NCBI GenBank assembly: GCA_034094395.1
Contig: JAXEAK010000052.1
Location: forward strand, 3,557-67,556
Length of the DNA: 64,000 nucleotides
Origin: Faecousia sp.
GTDB taxonomy: Bacteria > Bacillota > Clostridia > Oscillospirales > Oscillospiraceae
Direction of reading: 5' to 3'
Under the pieces are notes generated by a model. It worked only from the letters and a program-made list of their open reading frames with translations. It made no database searches and was not told the origin of the DNA. Below, piece by piece: positions 26,994 to 37,602 of this stretch; within the stretch, counting starts at the first letter, position 1, and each line of letters begins with the position of its first letter. The position numbers were made by a program, and so were the translations under genes.

Positions 26994-27995
26994 TTAGTTC
27001 CCTCCCTCGGCTTCCACCAGAGGCTCCAGCGGCAGCAGCGTCTGCAAGCTTCCGCCGTCACCGGTGTTCACATACAGCTTCACCCCGGGCAGCACCTTGG
27101 AAATGGCCTCATAGTACATCCGGGAACGGGTAATTCCGGGGTTCTGGGCGTACTCCGTGTACATGGCGTTGAACATGGCCACCTGCTCTACCGCCTCGTT
27201 GATACGCTTCTGCTTCAGGTACTCGGCATTCTGAATCAGCTTGTCGGCCTTGGCCTGAGCTTCGGGAAGCTGGGCATTCTGGTAGGCCTTGGCGTCGTTG
27301 ATCACCGTCTCTGCCTTCTGCTTGGCGGTCTCCACGGCCTTGAAGGCCTCGATAACCTCCGCCGTGGGCGGCTCCGCATCCTGAATCTTCACATCCACAA
27401 GCGTCAGACCAATGTCATATTCCTGCAAAATCCGGGTCACCAGATCCTTGACCTGCATCTGGATATTCTCCTTGCCGTCGGTGAGCACCGCGTCAACGCT
27501 GGAGGAGCCAACCACATTCCGCACCTGACTCTGAATCAGATTCCTCAGAATCAGCTCCGGCTGATCGGAGGAGAACAGGTACTGCACCGGGTCGGAGATC
27601 TTGTACTCCACAAAGAAGTCCACATTGACGATGTTGTAGTCGCCGGTGATCATGGTGCTTTCCCTTTCGTTGACGGCAGTGGTATCGCCGCTGCTGGAAT
27701 AGCCCAGTTCAATCTTCTGGTAGACATTGGTATTGACCTTCCACACCTGCTGGATACCGAAGGGCAGCTTAAAGTGGATGCCCGCATCCACCACGTCGGT
27801 GACCTTGCCGAAGGTGGTGACCACAGCCTGCTGCTTGTCGTCCACGGTATACCAGCAGGTTCCCGCCAGGCTGACCAGAATCAGCACAAGAACAACAACC
27901 AGAACGGTTTTTCCAGTCCGCTTGAAATCGGGCTTCTTCTTTTGGGGCTTCGGGGGTGTTTCCGGCGCCCAGTGATAGGTTCCGTTTTCGTCCAT
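26994..27995 (-). CDS. hflK: FtsH modulator HflK (SPFH domain)
   Basis: GIHFKLPFGI, MITGDYNIV, PPTAEVIEAF, TRSRMYYE. Confidence 0.9.
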   Translation of the reverse strand: MDENGTYHWAPETPPKPQKKKPDFKRTGKTVLVVVLVLILVSLAGTCWYTVDDKQQAVVTTFGKVTDVVDAGIHFKLPFGIQQVWKVNTNVYQKIELGYSSSGDTTAVNERESTMITGDYNIVNVDFFVEYKISDPVQYLFSSDQPELILRNLIQSQVRNVVGSSSVDAVLTDGKENIQMQVKDLVTRILQEYDIGLTLVDVKIQDAEPPTAEVIEAFKAVETAKQKAETVINDAKAYQNAQLPEAQAKADKLIQNAEYLKQKRINEAVEQVAMFNAMYTEYAQNPGITRSRMYYEAISKVLPGVKLYVNTGDGGSLQTLLPLEPLVEAEGGN

Positions 27996-28240
27996 ACGAT
28001 TCTCCTTAATTGTAATGATCTGGAATAATCGTCTAATGGTTAACATAACGCACTATGACAACTCCGTGAGATTATTATAGCACACCTTTTTGAAACTGCC
28101 AACGCTTCCGGGAACATAAAGCGTAAATTATTTGTAAACTGCCGTTTCCCTCCCGGCGGGGAGAAAAACGGAATTTTGGTCTTTACGAACGGCAAAAAGT
28201 GTTGTACAATACACCATATCACATTTGGGAGGTGTGGGCT

Positions 28241-28600
28241 GTGTATTGTCTCAGATGCGGGCGGGAAACCGATGACGAGCAAGCGTTCTGTCTGGACTGT
28301 CAGAAGGAAATGGCGAAATACCCCGTTGACCCCAACGCTGTGGTGCTCCTCCCCAAGCACAATCAAGGAGCCCCAAAGAAGCAGCCCAAGCGGCGGCCGT
28401 CTCCTGAGGATCAGGTGCACGCGCTGAGAAAAAAGGTGCGGCTGCTTGCCTGTCTTCTGGCCGCCGCAGTGATTGCCGTGGCGTGTCTGACCGTTTCGCT
28501 GGTGCGGCTGGTGAAGCAGGACAAGCAGCAGATCGGTCAGAACTACTCCACCGTGAAAACCGACGCCCAGCCTACAGAGACAATACAGATGATTCCATAA
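28241..28600 (+). CDS. Zinc-ribbon + TM hypothetical protein
   Basis: GGAGG RBS, GTG start; YCLRCG..FCLDC; single TM. Confidence 0.65.
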   Translation: MYCLRCGRETDDEQAFCLDCQKEMAKYPVDPNAVVLLPKHNQGAPKKQPKRRPSPEDQVHALRKKVRLLACLLAAAVIAVACLTVSLVRLVKQDKQQIGQNYSTVKTDAQPTETIQMIP

Positions 28601-28601
28601 G

Positions 28602-28647
28602 TGTTTCACGTGAAACACTTCCCTGTGACTTTGTTTCACGTGAAACT
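28602..28647. promoter_or_regulatory. Tandem parS sites upstream of parA
   Basis: Perfect TGTTTCACGTGAAACA (28602-28617) and TGTTTCACGTGAAACT (28632-28647). Confidence 0.93.
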
Positions 28648-28666
28648 TTCGTAAAAGGAGAGAAAG

Positions 28667-29422
28667 ATGGGTAGAATAATTGCCGTGGTCAATCAGAAGG
28701 GAGGCGTGGGAAAAACCACCTCCGCCGTGAATCTGACCGCCGCGCTGCACGATCTGGGACTGAAGGTTCTGCTGTGCGACTTCGACCCCCAGGCCAATGC
28801 CACATCCGGCATGGGGCTGGAAAAGCGGAAAATCAAATATTCCGCTTATGATGTGACGATCAACAATATTCCGCTGAAGGATGCCATCGTCCATACCCCC
28901 TATGGCGACGTTTTGCCGTCCTCCTCCGATCTGGCCGGCGCAACTGTGGAGCTGATCGGTGCGGAGCATCGGGAACGGCAGCTGGATAAGGCGCTTTTCC
29001 CTGTAAAAGATACCTATGATCTGATATTTGTGGACTGCCCGCCGTCACTGGAACTTCTGACTTTGAATGGTCTGTGTGCAGCGGACGGCATTCTCGTTCC
29101 GGTGCAGTGCGAATACTTCGCGCTGGAAGGTTTAAGCGACCTGATGAGTACATTGCGGATGGTCAAAAAGCGGATGAATCCCCGGCTGGAGATCTTCGGT
29201 GTGGCACTGACCATGTTTGACGGTCGAACCAATTTCTCCACTCAGGTTGCACAGGAGGTGCGCAGGCACTTCCCGGGGAAGGTGTTCACCACTGTGATTC
29301 CCCGGAACATCCGCCTGGCGGAAGCGCCCAGCCACGGGATCCCGGTTACCGCCTACGACAGAACCAGCCGCGGCGCCGTCGCATACCGCGCCATGGCGGA
29401 AGAAATTAAGGCGAAGCTGTAA
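28667..29422 (+). CDS. parA: Chromosome partitioning ATPase ParA/Soj
   Basis: NQKGGVGKTT, DPQANAT, DCPPSL, QCEYFALEG, LAEAPSHG. Confidence 0.96.
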   Translation: MGRIIAVVNQKGGVGKTTSAVNLTAALHDLGLKVLLCDFDPQANATSGMGLEKRKIKYSAYDVTINNIPLKDAIVHTPYGDVLPSSSDLAGATVELIGAEHRERQLDKALFPVKDTYDLIFVDCPPSLELLTLNGLCAADGILVPVQCEYFALEGLSDLMSTLRMVKKRMNPRLEIFGVALTMFDGRTNFSTQVAQEVRRHFPGKVFTTVIPRNIRLAEAPSHGIPVTAYDRTSRGAVAYRAMAEEIKAKL

Positions 29423-29467
29423 TTTAAGCTGAGAGTGAGAATACGCTCTCTTGGAAAGGATGAAAAA

Positions 29468-30328
29468 ATGGCAAGCAACAAAGGCTTGGGCAAGGGTCTG
29501 GGCGCGCTGCTGGGAGACTTCAGCGAGGAGCCGGAAGAAAGCAGTGCCTACCGGATGCTGCCCATCTACAAGGTGGAACCGAATCCGGATCAGCCGAGGC
29601 ATGACTTTGATGAGGAAGAATTGCAGGCGCTGTCCGAATCCATCGCCATCCATGGCATTTTGCAGCCCCTGACCGTGCGGGAAATGCCCAACGGCTACTA
29701 CCAAATCATCGCCGGTGAGCGGCGCTGGCGGGCAGCGCGGATGGCGAATATCAGCGATGTGCCGGTGATCGTGGTGGAGGCCGATGATAAGAAGGCCATG
29801 GAACTGGCGCTGATCGAAAACCTCCAGCGGCAGGACTTAAACCCGGTGGAGGAAGCGCTGGGCTATCAGTCTCTGATTGAGGAGTACGGCTTAACACAGG
29901 AAGAAGCGGCAAATCGGGTAGGGAAGTCCCGTCCTGCGGTGACAAACGCTCTGCGTCTTCTTGGGCTGTGCCCGGAGGTGCTGGAAAAGCTGAAATCCGG
30001 GGAACTCACCGCCGGCCACGCCCGGGCGATTCTCACGCTGAAAACAGAAAAGCAACAGCAGGAAGCCGCGAAAAAAATCATTGCCCTGTCGCTGTCCGTG
30101 CGGCAGGCGGAAACCCTGTGGAAAAACATGGGCAAGCCACCGGCACCCCACAAGAAGCCGGTATTTGCCGTGGATTACGTGGCCGAATGTGAAAAAAGTC
30201 TGAGTAAAAAGCTGGGACGGGGCGTAAAAATCGTCAACGGCAAGCGCAAAGGCCGCTTTGAACTGGAATTCTACGGGGAAGAGGATCTGCAGAAGCTTCT
30301 CGACACCCTGATGAAGCTGGAAAAATAA
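29468..30328 (+). CDS. parB: Chromosome partitioning protein ParB/Spo0J
   Basis: GLGKGLGALL, PNPDQPR, IIAGERRWRA, IENLQRQDL. Confidence 0.96.
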   Translation: MASNKGLGKGLGALLGDFSEEPEESSAYRMLPIYKVEPNPDQPRHDFDEEELQALSESIAIHGILQPLTVREMPNGYYQIIAGERRWRAARMANISDVPVIVVEADDKKAMELALIENLQRQDLNPVEEALGYQSLIEEYGLTQEEAANRVGKSRPAVTNALRLLGLCPEVLEKLKSGELTAGHARAILTLKTEKQQQEAAKKIIALSLSVRQAETLWKNMGKPPAPHKKPVFAVDYVAECEKSLSKKLGRGVKIVNGKRKGRFELEFYGEEDLQKLLDTLMKLEK

Positions 30329-30391
30329 GGGACAAGATCACAATCAGAAGCCAAAAAATCTTGTGTCACAACGTAAGGAGAGGTATAAATC

Positions 30392-31723
30392 ATGCTAGAC
30401 ATTAAGCGTATCAAAGAGAATCCCGATGCCATCAAGGCCGGTATGAAGGCCAAGGAAGTAGACTGCGACGCCATTATCGACCGGATTCTGGAGCTGGACG
30501 TACAGGTTCGAGGTCTGAAGACTGCCACCGAAACCGCAACCGCCCAGAAGAACAAGCTGGCAAAGGAAAACGGAAAGCTGTTCGGTCAGAAGAAGGGTCT
30601 GGAGAAGAAGGGTGAGGATACCACCGCCATCGACGCCCAGATCGAAGCAAACAAAGCGGAATCCATTCGCCTGGATGAGGAGATCGCTGACGATGCCGAA
30701 AAGCTGAAGGTGCTGAACGCCCAGTTCCGTACCGCCATGTTGAGCCTGCCCAATATGCCCGATCCCGACCTGCTGCCCGGCGGCAAGGAAAACAACCAGC
30801 CCCTGCGCTATATCGGTGAAAAGCACTCCTTCGACTTCACACCCAAGCATCATGTGGATCTGTGTCAGGATCTGGGGCTGATCGACTATGAGCGGGGCGT
30901 CAAGCTGGCCGGTTCCGGCAACTGGATGTACACCGGCATGGGCGCCCGCCTGGAGTGGGCGTTGCTGAACTACTTCATCGACACCCATATCGCCGACGGC
31001 TACGAGTTCATCCTGCCGCCCCATATGCTGGAGTACGCCTGCGGCGAGACCGCCGGTCAGTTCCCCAAGTTCGCCGATGAGGTCTACAAGATCGCCAACC
31101 CCACCGACGATCGGGTACATTATATGCTGCCCACTGCGGAAGCCGCTCTGTGCTCCATCTACAGGGACGAAATTCTCTCCGAGGCAGACTTGCCCAAGAA
31201 GCTGTTCGCCTACACCCCCTGCTTCCGCCGGGAGGCCGGTTCCCATCGCGCCGATGAGCGGGGCATGGTGCGCGGCCATCAGTTCAACAAAGTGGAAATG
31301 TTCCAGTTCTGCCGCCCCGAAGATTCCGACGCGGCCTTTGACGAGCTGGTAACCAAAGCGGAAAATCTGGTTGCCGGTCTGGGTCTGCACTTCCGCACCG
31401 TGAAGCTGGCGGCGGGCGACTGCTCCGCCTCCATGGCACGCACCTACGACATCGAAATTCTGATTCCCTCCATGGACGGCTACAAGGAAGTCTCCTCGGT
31501 GTCCAATGCCCGGGACTATCAGGCGCGCCGGGGCAATATCCGCTTCCGCAGAGAGGGCTCCAACAAGCCAGAGTTTGTTCACACCCTGAACGGTTCCGGT
31601 CTGGCAACTTCCCGGATCTTCCCCGCGCTGGTGGAGCAGAACCAGCGCGCCGACGGTTCCATTGTCATTCCCGAGGTGCTGAGAAAGTATCTGGGCGGCA
31701 TGGAAGTGATTGAGAAAAAGTAA
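30392..31723 (+). CDS. serS: Seryl-tRNA synthetase
   Basis: MLDIKRI, LPTAE, CFRREAG, HQFNKVE, HTLNGSGLA. Confidence 0.97.
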   Translation: MLDIKRIKENPDAIKAGMKAKEVDCDAIIDRILELDVQVRGLKTATETATAQKNKLAKENGKLFGQKKGLEKKGEDTTAIDAQIEANKAESIRLDEEIADDAEKLKVLNAQFRTAMLSLPNMPDPDLLPGGKENNQPLRYIGEKHSFDFTPKHHVDLCQDLGLIDYERGVKLAGSGNWMYTGMGARLEWALLNYFIDTHIADGYEFILPPHMLEYACGETAGQFPKFADEVYKIANPTDDRVHYMLPTAEAALCSIYRDEILSEADLPKKLFAYTPCFRREAGSHRADERGMVRGHQFNKVEMFQFCRPEDSDAAFDELVTKAENLVAGLGLHFRTVKLAAGDCSASMARTYDIEILIPSMDGYKEVSSVSNARDYQARRGNIRFRREGSNKPEFVHTLNGSGLATSRIFPALVEQNQRADGSIVIPEVLRKYLGGMEVIEKK

Positions 31724-31827
31724 GTCAAAGCCCGTGGGAACCAGTCTGAAGACCTGTGGCAATCTTCATTGAAAGGGAAAAATTGATCTCGCCACACCGG
31801 TAACAGAAAGGAAAAGGAGACAAACAT

Positions 31828-32295
31828 ATGAAGAATCACATAAGCAAACCCAAGTGGTGGGATGAATTCATCGCCTTTGCGGTGAAAGGCAATGCCATGG
31901 CTCTGGCCGTTGGTACCATCATCGGCGCAGCCTTCTCCACCATCACCAAATCCCTCACCGACGACATCATCATGCCCATCATCGCCATCTTCATGGGAGG
32001 CATTGACTTCTCCGAACTGAAAATTACCCTGCCCCGGCTGTTCAGCGAGCCGGTGCTGGACGAGGCCGGCCATGAGATTCTGAACACCCTGAACTACGGT
32101 AATTTCGTCTCCGCCGTGATTAATTTCCTGATTCTGGCGTTGGTGGTCTTCTTCCTGGTCAAGGGTCTGAACAAGCTGTCCGAGCTGGGCAAGAAAAAAG
32201 AGGAAGCCGCAGCGGAGGAATCTCCTGCTCCCCCGGAACCCAGCAACGAAGAAAAGCTGCTCACCGAAATTCGGGATCTGCTGAAAAATAAGTAA
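31828..32295 (+). CDS. mscL: Large-conductance mechanosensitive channel
   Basis: EFIAFAVKGN, LAVGTIIGAAF, YGNFVSAVINFLI, LLTEIRDLL. Confidence 0.95.
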   Translation: MKNHISKPKWWDEFIAFAVKGNAMALAVGTIIGAAFSTITKSLTDDIIMPIIAIFMGGIDFSELKITLPRLFSEPVLDEAGHEILNTLNYGNFVSAVINFLILALVVFFLVKGLNKLSELGKKKEEAAAEESPAPPEPSNEEKLLTEIRDLLKNK

Positions 32296-32303
32296 TCGCA
32301 AAG

Positions 32304-32398
32304 AATGTCATTGCGAACCGGTCAACAGACTGGTGTGAGAATCTCCTTCATCGATGAAGATTCCCACGGCAGCACAGGTGCTGCCTCGGAATGACATT
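32304..32398. repeat. GTCATT...AATGAC palindromic MITE-like element
   Basis: Terminal IR AATGTCATT/AATGACATT enclosing internal hairpins (CTTCATCGATGAAG; GGCAGCAC-ag-GTGCTGCC). Confidence 0.65.
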
Positions 32399-32425
32399 TT
32401 TTGGCTTTTCACTTGAGGTATAAAT

Positions 32426-32800
32426 ATGAAATACTTATCCCAATTTTTGCGCATCACTGCCTTCACCCTCACCGGGGAACTGCTACAGCGTATCGTGCCG
32501 CTGCCCATCCCGGCGTCCGTATACGGGCTGGTGCTGCTGTTCGCCGCCCTGTATACCGGCGCGGTGAAGCTGGAACAGGTTAAGGACGTGGGCGGATTTC
32601 TGATATCCATTCTACCCATACTCTTCGTCTCCCCGGCGGTTGGAATTCTGGAGAACTGGGGTCTGATCAAAAACGCCCTGATTCCCATGTTCCTGCTGGC
32701 GCTGGCCAGCACCATAACCACCTTCGCCATCGCCGGACGGGTAACCCAAGCGCTGCGAAAAAAGGAGGATAAGCCGAATGCATCTGCTGGAAAACCTTGA
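32426..32800 (+). CDS. CidA/LrgA holin-like protein
   Basis: GELL..LPIPASVYGLVLLF, LFVSPAVG. Confidence 0.88.
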   Translation: MKYLSQFLRITAFTLTGELLQRIVPLPIPASVYGLVLLFAALYTGAVKLEQVKDVGGFLISILPILFVSPAVGILENWGLIKNALIPMFLLALASTITTFAIAGRVTQALRKKEDKPNASAGKP

Positions 32801-33467
32801 TATCTTCCCGGTTCTTTTGACGCTGTCCGCCTTTGAAGTGGGCCAGCTTTGCCAGAAGCGTTGGAAAAAGCCGATCTTTAACCCTACTCTCATCGGCATG
32901 GTGCTGGTGATCGCCTTCCTGCTGGTCACCGGAATGAATCCCGGCGCCTACACCCAAAGCATGAAGCAGATTTCCTGGCTTATGTCCCCGGCAACCATCT
33001 GCCTGGCCATTCCCATGTATGAACAGTTCCGGGTGTTGAAAAAAAGCCTGAAGGCCATCGTCATTGGCGTGGCTGCCGGCGCCTTCAGCTGTCTGCTGGT
33101 AATTCTTATGGCCGGGCTGCTGCTGGGCTTTGAGCAGCCCGTTCTGATCTCCCTGCTTCCCAAAAGTGTCACCACCGCCATCGGCGTCGCCTTAAGCGAA
33201 TTATTCGGCGGCATGGCAGGGGTGACCACCGCCGCAATCATCGTCACCGGCATCGGTGGAAATATGATGGCGTCTATGTTATGTAAACTGTTTGGTATCA
33301 CCGACCCCGTCGCGCAGGGAGTCGCGCTGGGCACCTCAGCCCACGTCATTGGCACCGCCAAAGCCAACGAAATCGGCGAACTGACCGGCGCGGCCAGCAG
33401 CCTGTCGCTGGTGGTGGCAGGACTGTTGACCGCAGTCGCCATGCCGCTGCTCGCGCAATTGCTATAA
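32778..33467 (+). CDS. LrgB-family membrane protein
   Basis: PATICLAIPMY, PKSVTTAIG, GTSAHVIGT. Confidence 0.9.
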   Translation: MHLLENLDIFPVLLTLSAFEVGQLCQKRWKKPIFNPTLIGMVLVIAFLLVTGMNPGAYTQSMKQISWLMSPATICLAIPMYEQFRVLKKSLKAIVIGVAAGAFSCLLVILMAGLLLGFEQPVLISLLPKSVTTAIGVALSELFGGMAGVTTAAIIVTGIGGNMMASMLCKLFGITDPVAQGVALGTSAHVIGTAKANEIGELTGAASSLSLVVAGLLTAVAMPLLAQLL

Positions 33468-33473
33468 GGAGGA

Positions 33474-34856
<1,383 letters not shown>

Positions 34857-34860
34857 ACTA

Positions 34861-34892
34861 ACAGCCGCAGGAATCAATCCTGCGGCTGTTTT
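34861..34892. terminator. Intrinsic terminator
   Basis: ACAGCCGCAGGA-atcaa-TCCTGCGGCTGT-TTT. Confidence 0.8.
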
Positions 34893-34909
34893 CCATTGAG
34901 AATCCAATC

Positions 34910-35788
34910 TTATCGGACGAAAGAGGTGTTCAGGGTACAGCTCCAGGCTTCGCCGGGAGCGAGAATGGCAGCGGCGGGCTTATCCTCCCATCTGGTGCTG
35001 CCGTTCTCCGGAGAGGGCAGACTGTACCATGGCTCGATGCACACGAATTTCGGCATACCGGGCTTACTCCAGATCAGGATATAGGGGAACTCCGAAATGT
35101 CGCACACCACGCCCCGGCCGGTGTCCTTCTCGTAAAGTCCCAGAGTCTTGGAACGCAGATTCACCATGCAGTGCGAGTCGTTGGCAAACAGCTTGTCGTC
35201 AATGGGTATGGCGCGGATGTTGCTGCCAAGATAGTACAGGTTTCCGTGCATCAGCCCGTGGGGCAGGTTGTTGACACACAGGGGAGACTCCATCTCTGAA
35301 AACCGCAGTTCATAATCTTCGGCGGTGTGCTGATTGTCAAAGGGAATGGCAAAGCCCGGGTGATAGCCAATGCCGAAGGGCATTGCCTCCCTATCCCGGT
35401 TTTTTACCGTCAGGGTGTGGTGCAATGTGTCCTTTTCCAGCGTAAAGGTGGAGAGCAGCCGGAACTCGTAGGGGAAGCGCTGCCGGGTTTCGGCGTTGGC
35501 ACGCAGCTCCAGCACGATGGTGTCGGCACTCTGGCTCACAAAGCTGTGCTCCATCAGCCGGGCAAAGCCGTGCTGGCCGGACTCATAGACCCCGCCTTTG
35601 GCCTCGATTTTCCCGTCCACCACCTTTCCCGCGTGGGGGAACAGGATCGGAGCGTGGTAGCCCCAGACGTTCTTGTCCGCCTGCCACATATGCTCCACAC
35701 CGTCGCATTTGCGGATCACGCTTTTCACCTGGGCGCCAAAAGTGGTAACAGTGACCTTCAGGTACTCGTTTTCCAGTGTATACTCCAT
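34910..35788 (-). CDS. Aldose 1-epimerase family protein (LacX-like)
   Basis: APILFP, HGFAR, GYHPGF, FVCIEPW. Confidence 0.88.
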   Translation of the reverse strand: MEYTLENEYLKVTVTTFGAQVKSVIRKCDGVEHMWQADKNVWGYHAPILFPHAGKVVDGKIEAKGGVYESGQHGFARLMEHSFVSQSADTIVLELRANAETRQRFPYEFRLLSTFTLEKDTLHHTLTVKNRDREAMPFGIGYHPGFAIPFDNQHTAEDYELRFSEMESPLCVNNLPHGLMHGNLYYLGSNIRAIPIDDKLFANDSHCMVNLRSKTLGLYEKDTGRGVVCDISEFPYILIWSKPGMPKFVCIEPWYSLPSPENGSTRWEDKPAAAILAPGEAWSCTLNTSFVR

Positions 35789-35835
35789 AGGTGCCTCCTT
35801 ATGATCTTATCTCGGCTCTCCCAGAGGGGGAGGCT

Positions 35836-36714
35836 TTAAGCAAAGATTGCAAAATACGCCAGCACGATGATGCCCAGCACAATCCGGTACACGCCGAAGG
35901 CGGAGAAGGAATGATTGCGGACGTACTGCATCAATCCCTTGATGACCAGCAGGCTCACCACAAAGGACACCACGCAGCCAACCACCAGCACACCGATTTC
36001 CGTGCCCGTGGCGTTGACACCGGAGAGCAGGAATTTTAGTCCTTTGATAGCGGAAGCCCCCAGCATGGTAGGAATCGCCATGAAAAACGAAAATTCCGCG
36101 CCGGCAGCGCGGCCCACGCCAATTAAAATCGCGCCCAGAATGGTAGAGCCGGAACGGGAGGTGCCGGGAATCAGGCTCAGGCACTGGAAGCATCCGATGA
36201 TCAGGGCGGTGCGGTATGTAATGTCGTACACATTATCCACAGAATTTTGCTTCAGCCGGGCGACGGTCACACCGTCCTTTGTAGAAATCCGCTGGAATTT
36301 TCCACGGGTATTGTGGCTCTCCACCAGAATAAAGGCGAAACCATACACAATCAGCGCAATGGACACCACTGTGGCGTTGTGCAGGTGGGCGTCCATCCAG
36401 TCGTCCAGCAGCACCCCCACGATGCCGGAGGGAATAATGGCAACGATGACCTTGAACCACAGCTGCCAGGTCTGCTTCTTCTCCCCAAGGGTTTTGCTGG
36501 GGGAGAAGGGATTCAGCTTGTGGAAAAACAGGACAATCACCGCGAGGATGGCTCCCAGCTGAATCACCACATCAAACATACTCTTGAAGGCGTCGGAGAC
36601 ATTCAGGGTGACAAATTCATCCAGCAGGATCAGGTGTCCCGTGGAGGAAATGGGCAGCCATTCCGTCACGCCCTCCACAATACCAAATAAAACAGCTTTC
36701 AGTAATTCAATCAT
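35836..36714 (-). CDS. uppP: Undecaprenyl-diphosphate phosphatase
   Basis: EGVTEWLPISSTGH, IQLGAILAV, PGTSRSGSTI, AEFSFF. Confidence 0.95.
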   Translation of the reverse strand: MIELLKAVLFGIVEGVTEWLPISSTGHLILLDEFVTLNVSDAFKSMFDVVIQLGAILAVIVLFFHKLNPFSPSKTLGEKKQTWQLWFKVIVAIIPSGIVGVLLDDWMDAHLHNATVVSIALIVYGFAFILVESHNTRGKFQRISTKDGVTVARLKQNSVDNVYDITYRTALIIGCFQCLSLIPGTSRSGSTILGAILIGVGRAAGAEFSFFMAIPTMLGASAIKGLKFLLSGVNATGTEIGVLVVGCVVSFVVSLLVIKGLMQYVRNHSFSAFGVYRIVLGIIVLAYFAIFA

Positions 36715-36913
36715 GGCTTACTCCTTTGCACACACAAAAATTGTCAACAGTCCATTCATTACCCCTATCATACCCTTTTCTATCCCCATTTGCAAGTCTC
36801 TTTTTGCGTTCACAAATTGGGGTGGTAATCTTTACAAATTGTTCATCTTCCCGCTGCTGTTTGCGCTATAATAGGGAAAAAGGAAACTATGCCGTTTTTA
36901 GGAGGAGATTGTC

Positions 36914-37600
36914 ATGGCTGTATCGGTTTTGATTGCGGAGGATGACCACAATATCGCAGAACTGCTGCAAATGTATCTGGAAAAAGAAGGGTATGCCGTC
37001 ACCGTTGCTCCGGACGGCGGACAGGCGCTGTCCAAATTCCGGGCGATCAAACCCGATCTGGTGCTGCTGGACGTGATGATGCCCGTGATGGACGGCTGGA
37101 GCGTCTGCAAGGCCATCCGCGCCGAGTCTCAGACCCCCATCATCATGCTCACCGCCAAGGGCGAAACCGACGACAAGGTAGCTGGTCTTAAATCCGGTGC
37201 CGACGATTACATCACCAAGCCCTTCGAGATGAAGGAGGTGCTGGCGCGGATTGAAGCCGTGCTGCGGCGTACTGCCGGCATCACCACGGAAAAGAAAGCC
37301 CGGCGGTTGGTGTTCGACAAGCTGATTATCGATATGGACGCCTTTGAACTGATCGTGGACGGCAAAAAAATCGACACACCCCCAAAAGAGATGGAACTGC
37401 TTTATTACCTCGCTTCCTCTCCCAACCGGGTGTACACCCGCAACCAGCTGCTGGACGAGGTGTGGGGCTTCGACTACTTCGGTGATTCCCGCACGGTGGA
37501 TGTCCATGTGAAGCGCCTGCGGGAGAAGCTGGAAAACGTGCAGGCAAACTGGAGTCTGAAAACCGTCTGGGGCGTCGGGTATAAGTTCGAGGTGCTGTAA
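36914..37600 (+). CDS. OmpR/PhoB-family response regulator
   Basis: LLDVMMP, MLTAK, GADDYITKPF, RTVDVHVKRLR, TVWGVGYK. Confidence 0.95.
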   Translation: MAVSVLIAEDDHNIAELLQMYLEKEGYAVTVAPDGGQALSKFRAIKPDLVLLDVMMPVMDGWSVCKAIRAESQTPIIMLTAKGETDDKVAGLKSGADDYITKPFEMKEVLARIEAVLRRTAGITTEKKARRLVFDKLIIDMDAFELIVDGKKIDTPPKEMELLYYLASSPNRVYTRNQLLDEVWGFDYFGDSRTVDVHVKRLREKLENVQANWSLKTVWGVGYKFEVL

Positions 37601-37602
37601 GG

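Noticed and set aside
30329-30391. T-box leader for serS
   Set aside because: Only 63 bp separate parB and serS, and there is no GGTGGNACCGCG motif.
32426-33467. Phage lysis cassette from the holin-like gene
   Set aside because: Standard CidA/LrgA-LrgB pair next to fumC with no phage genes.
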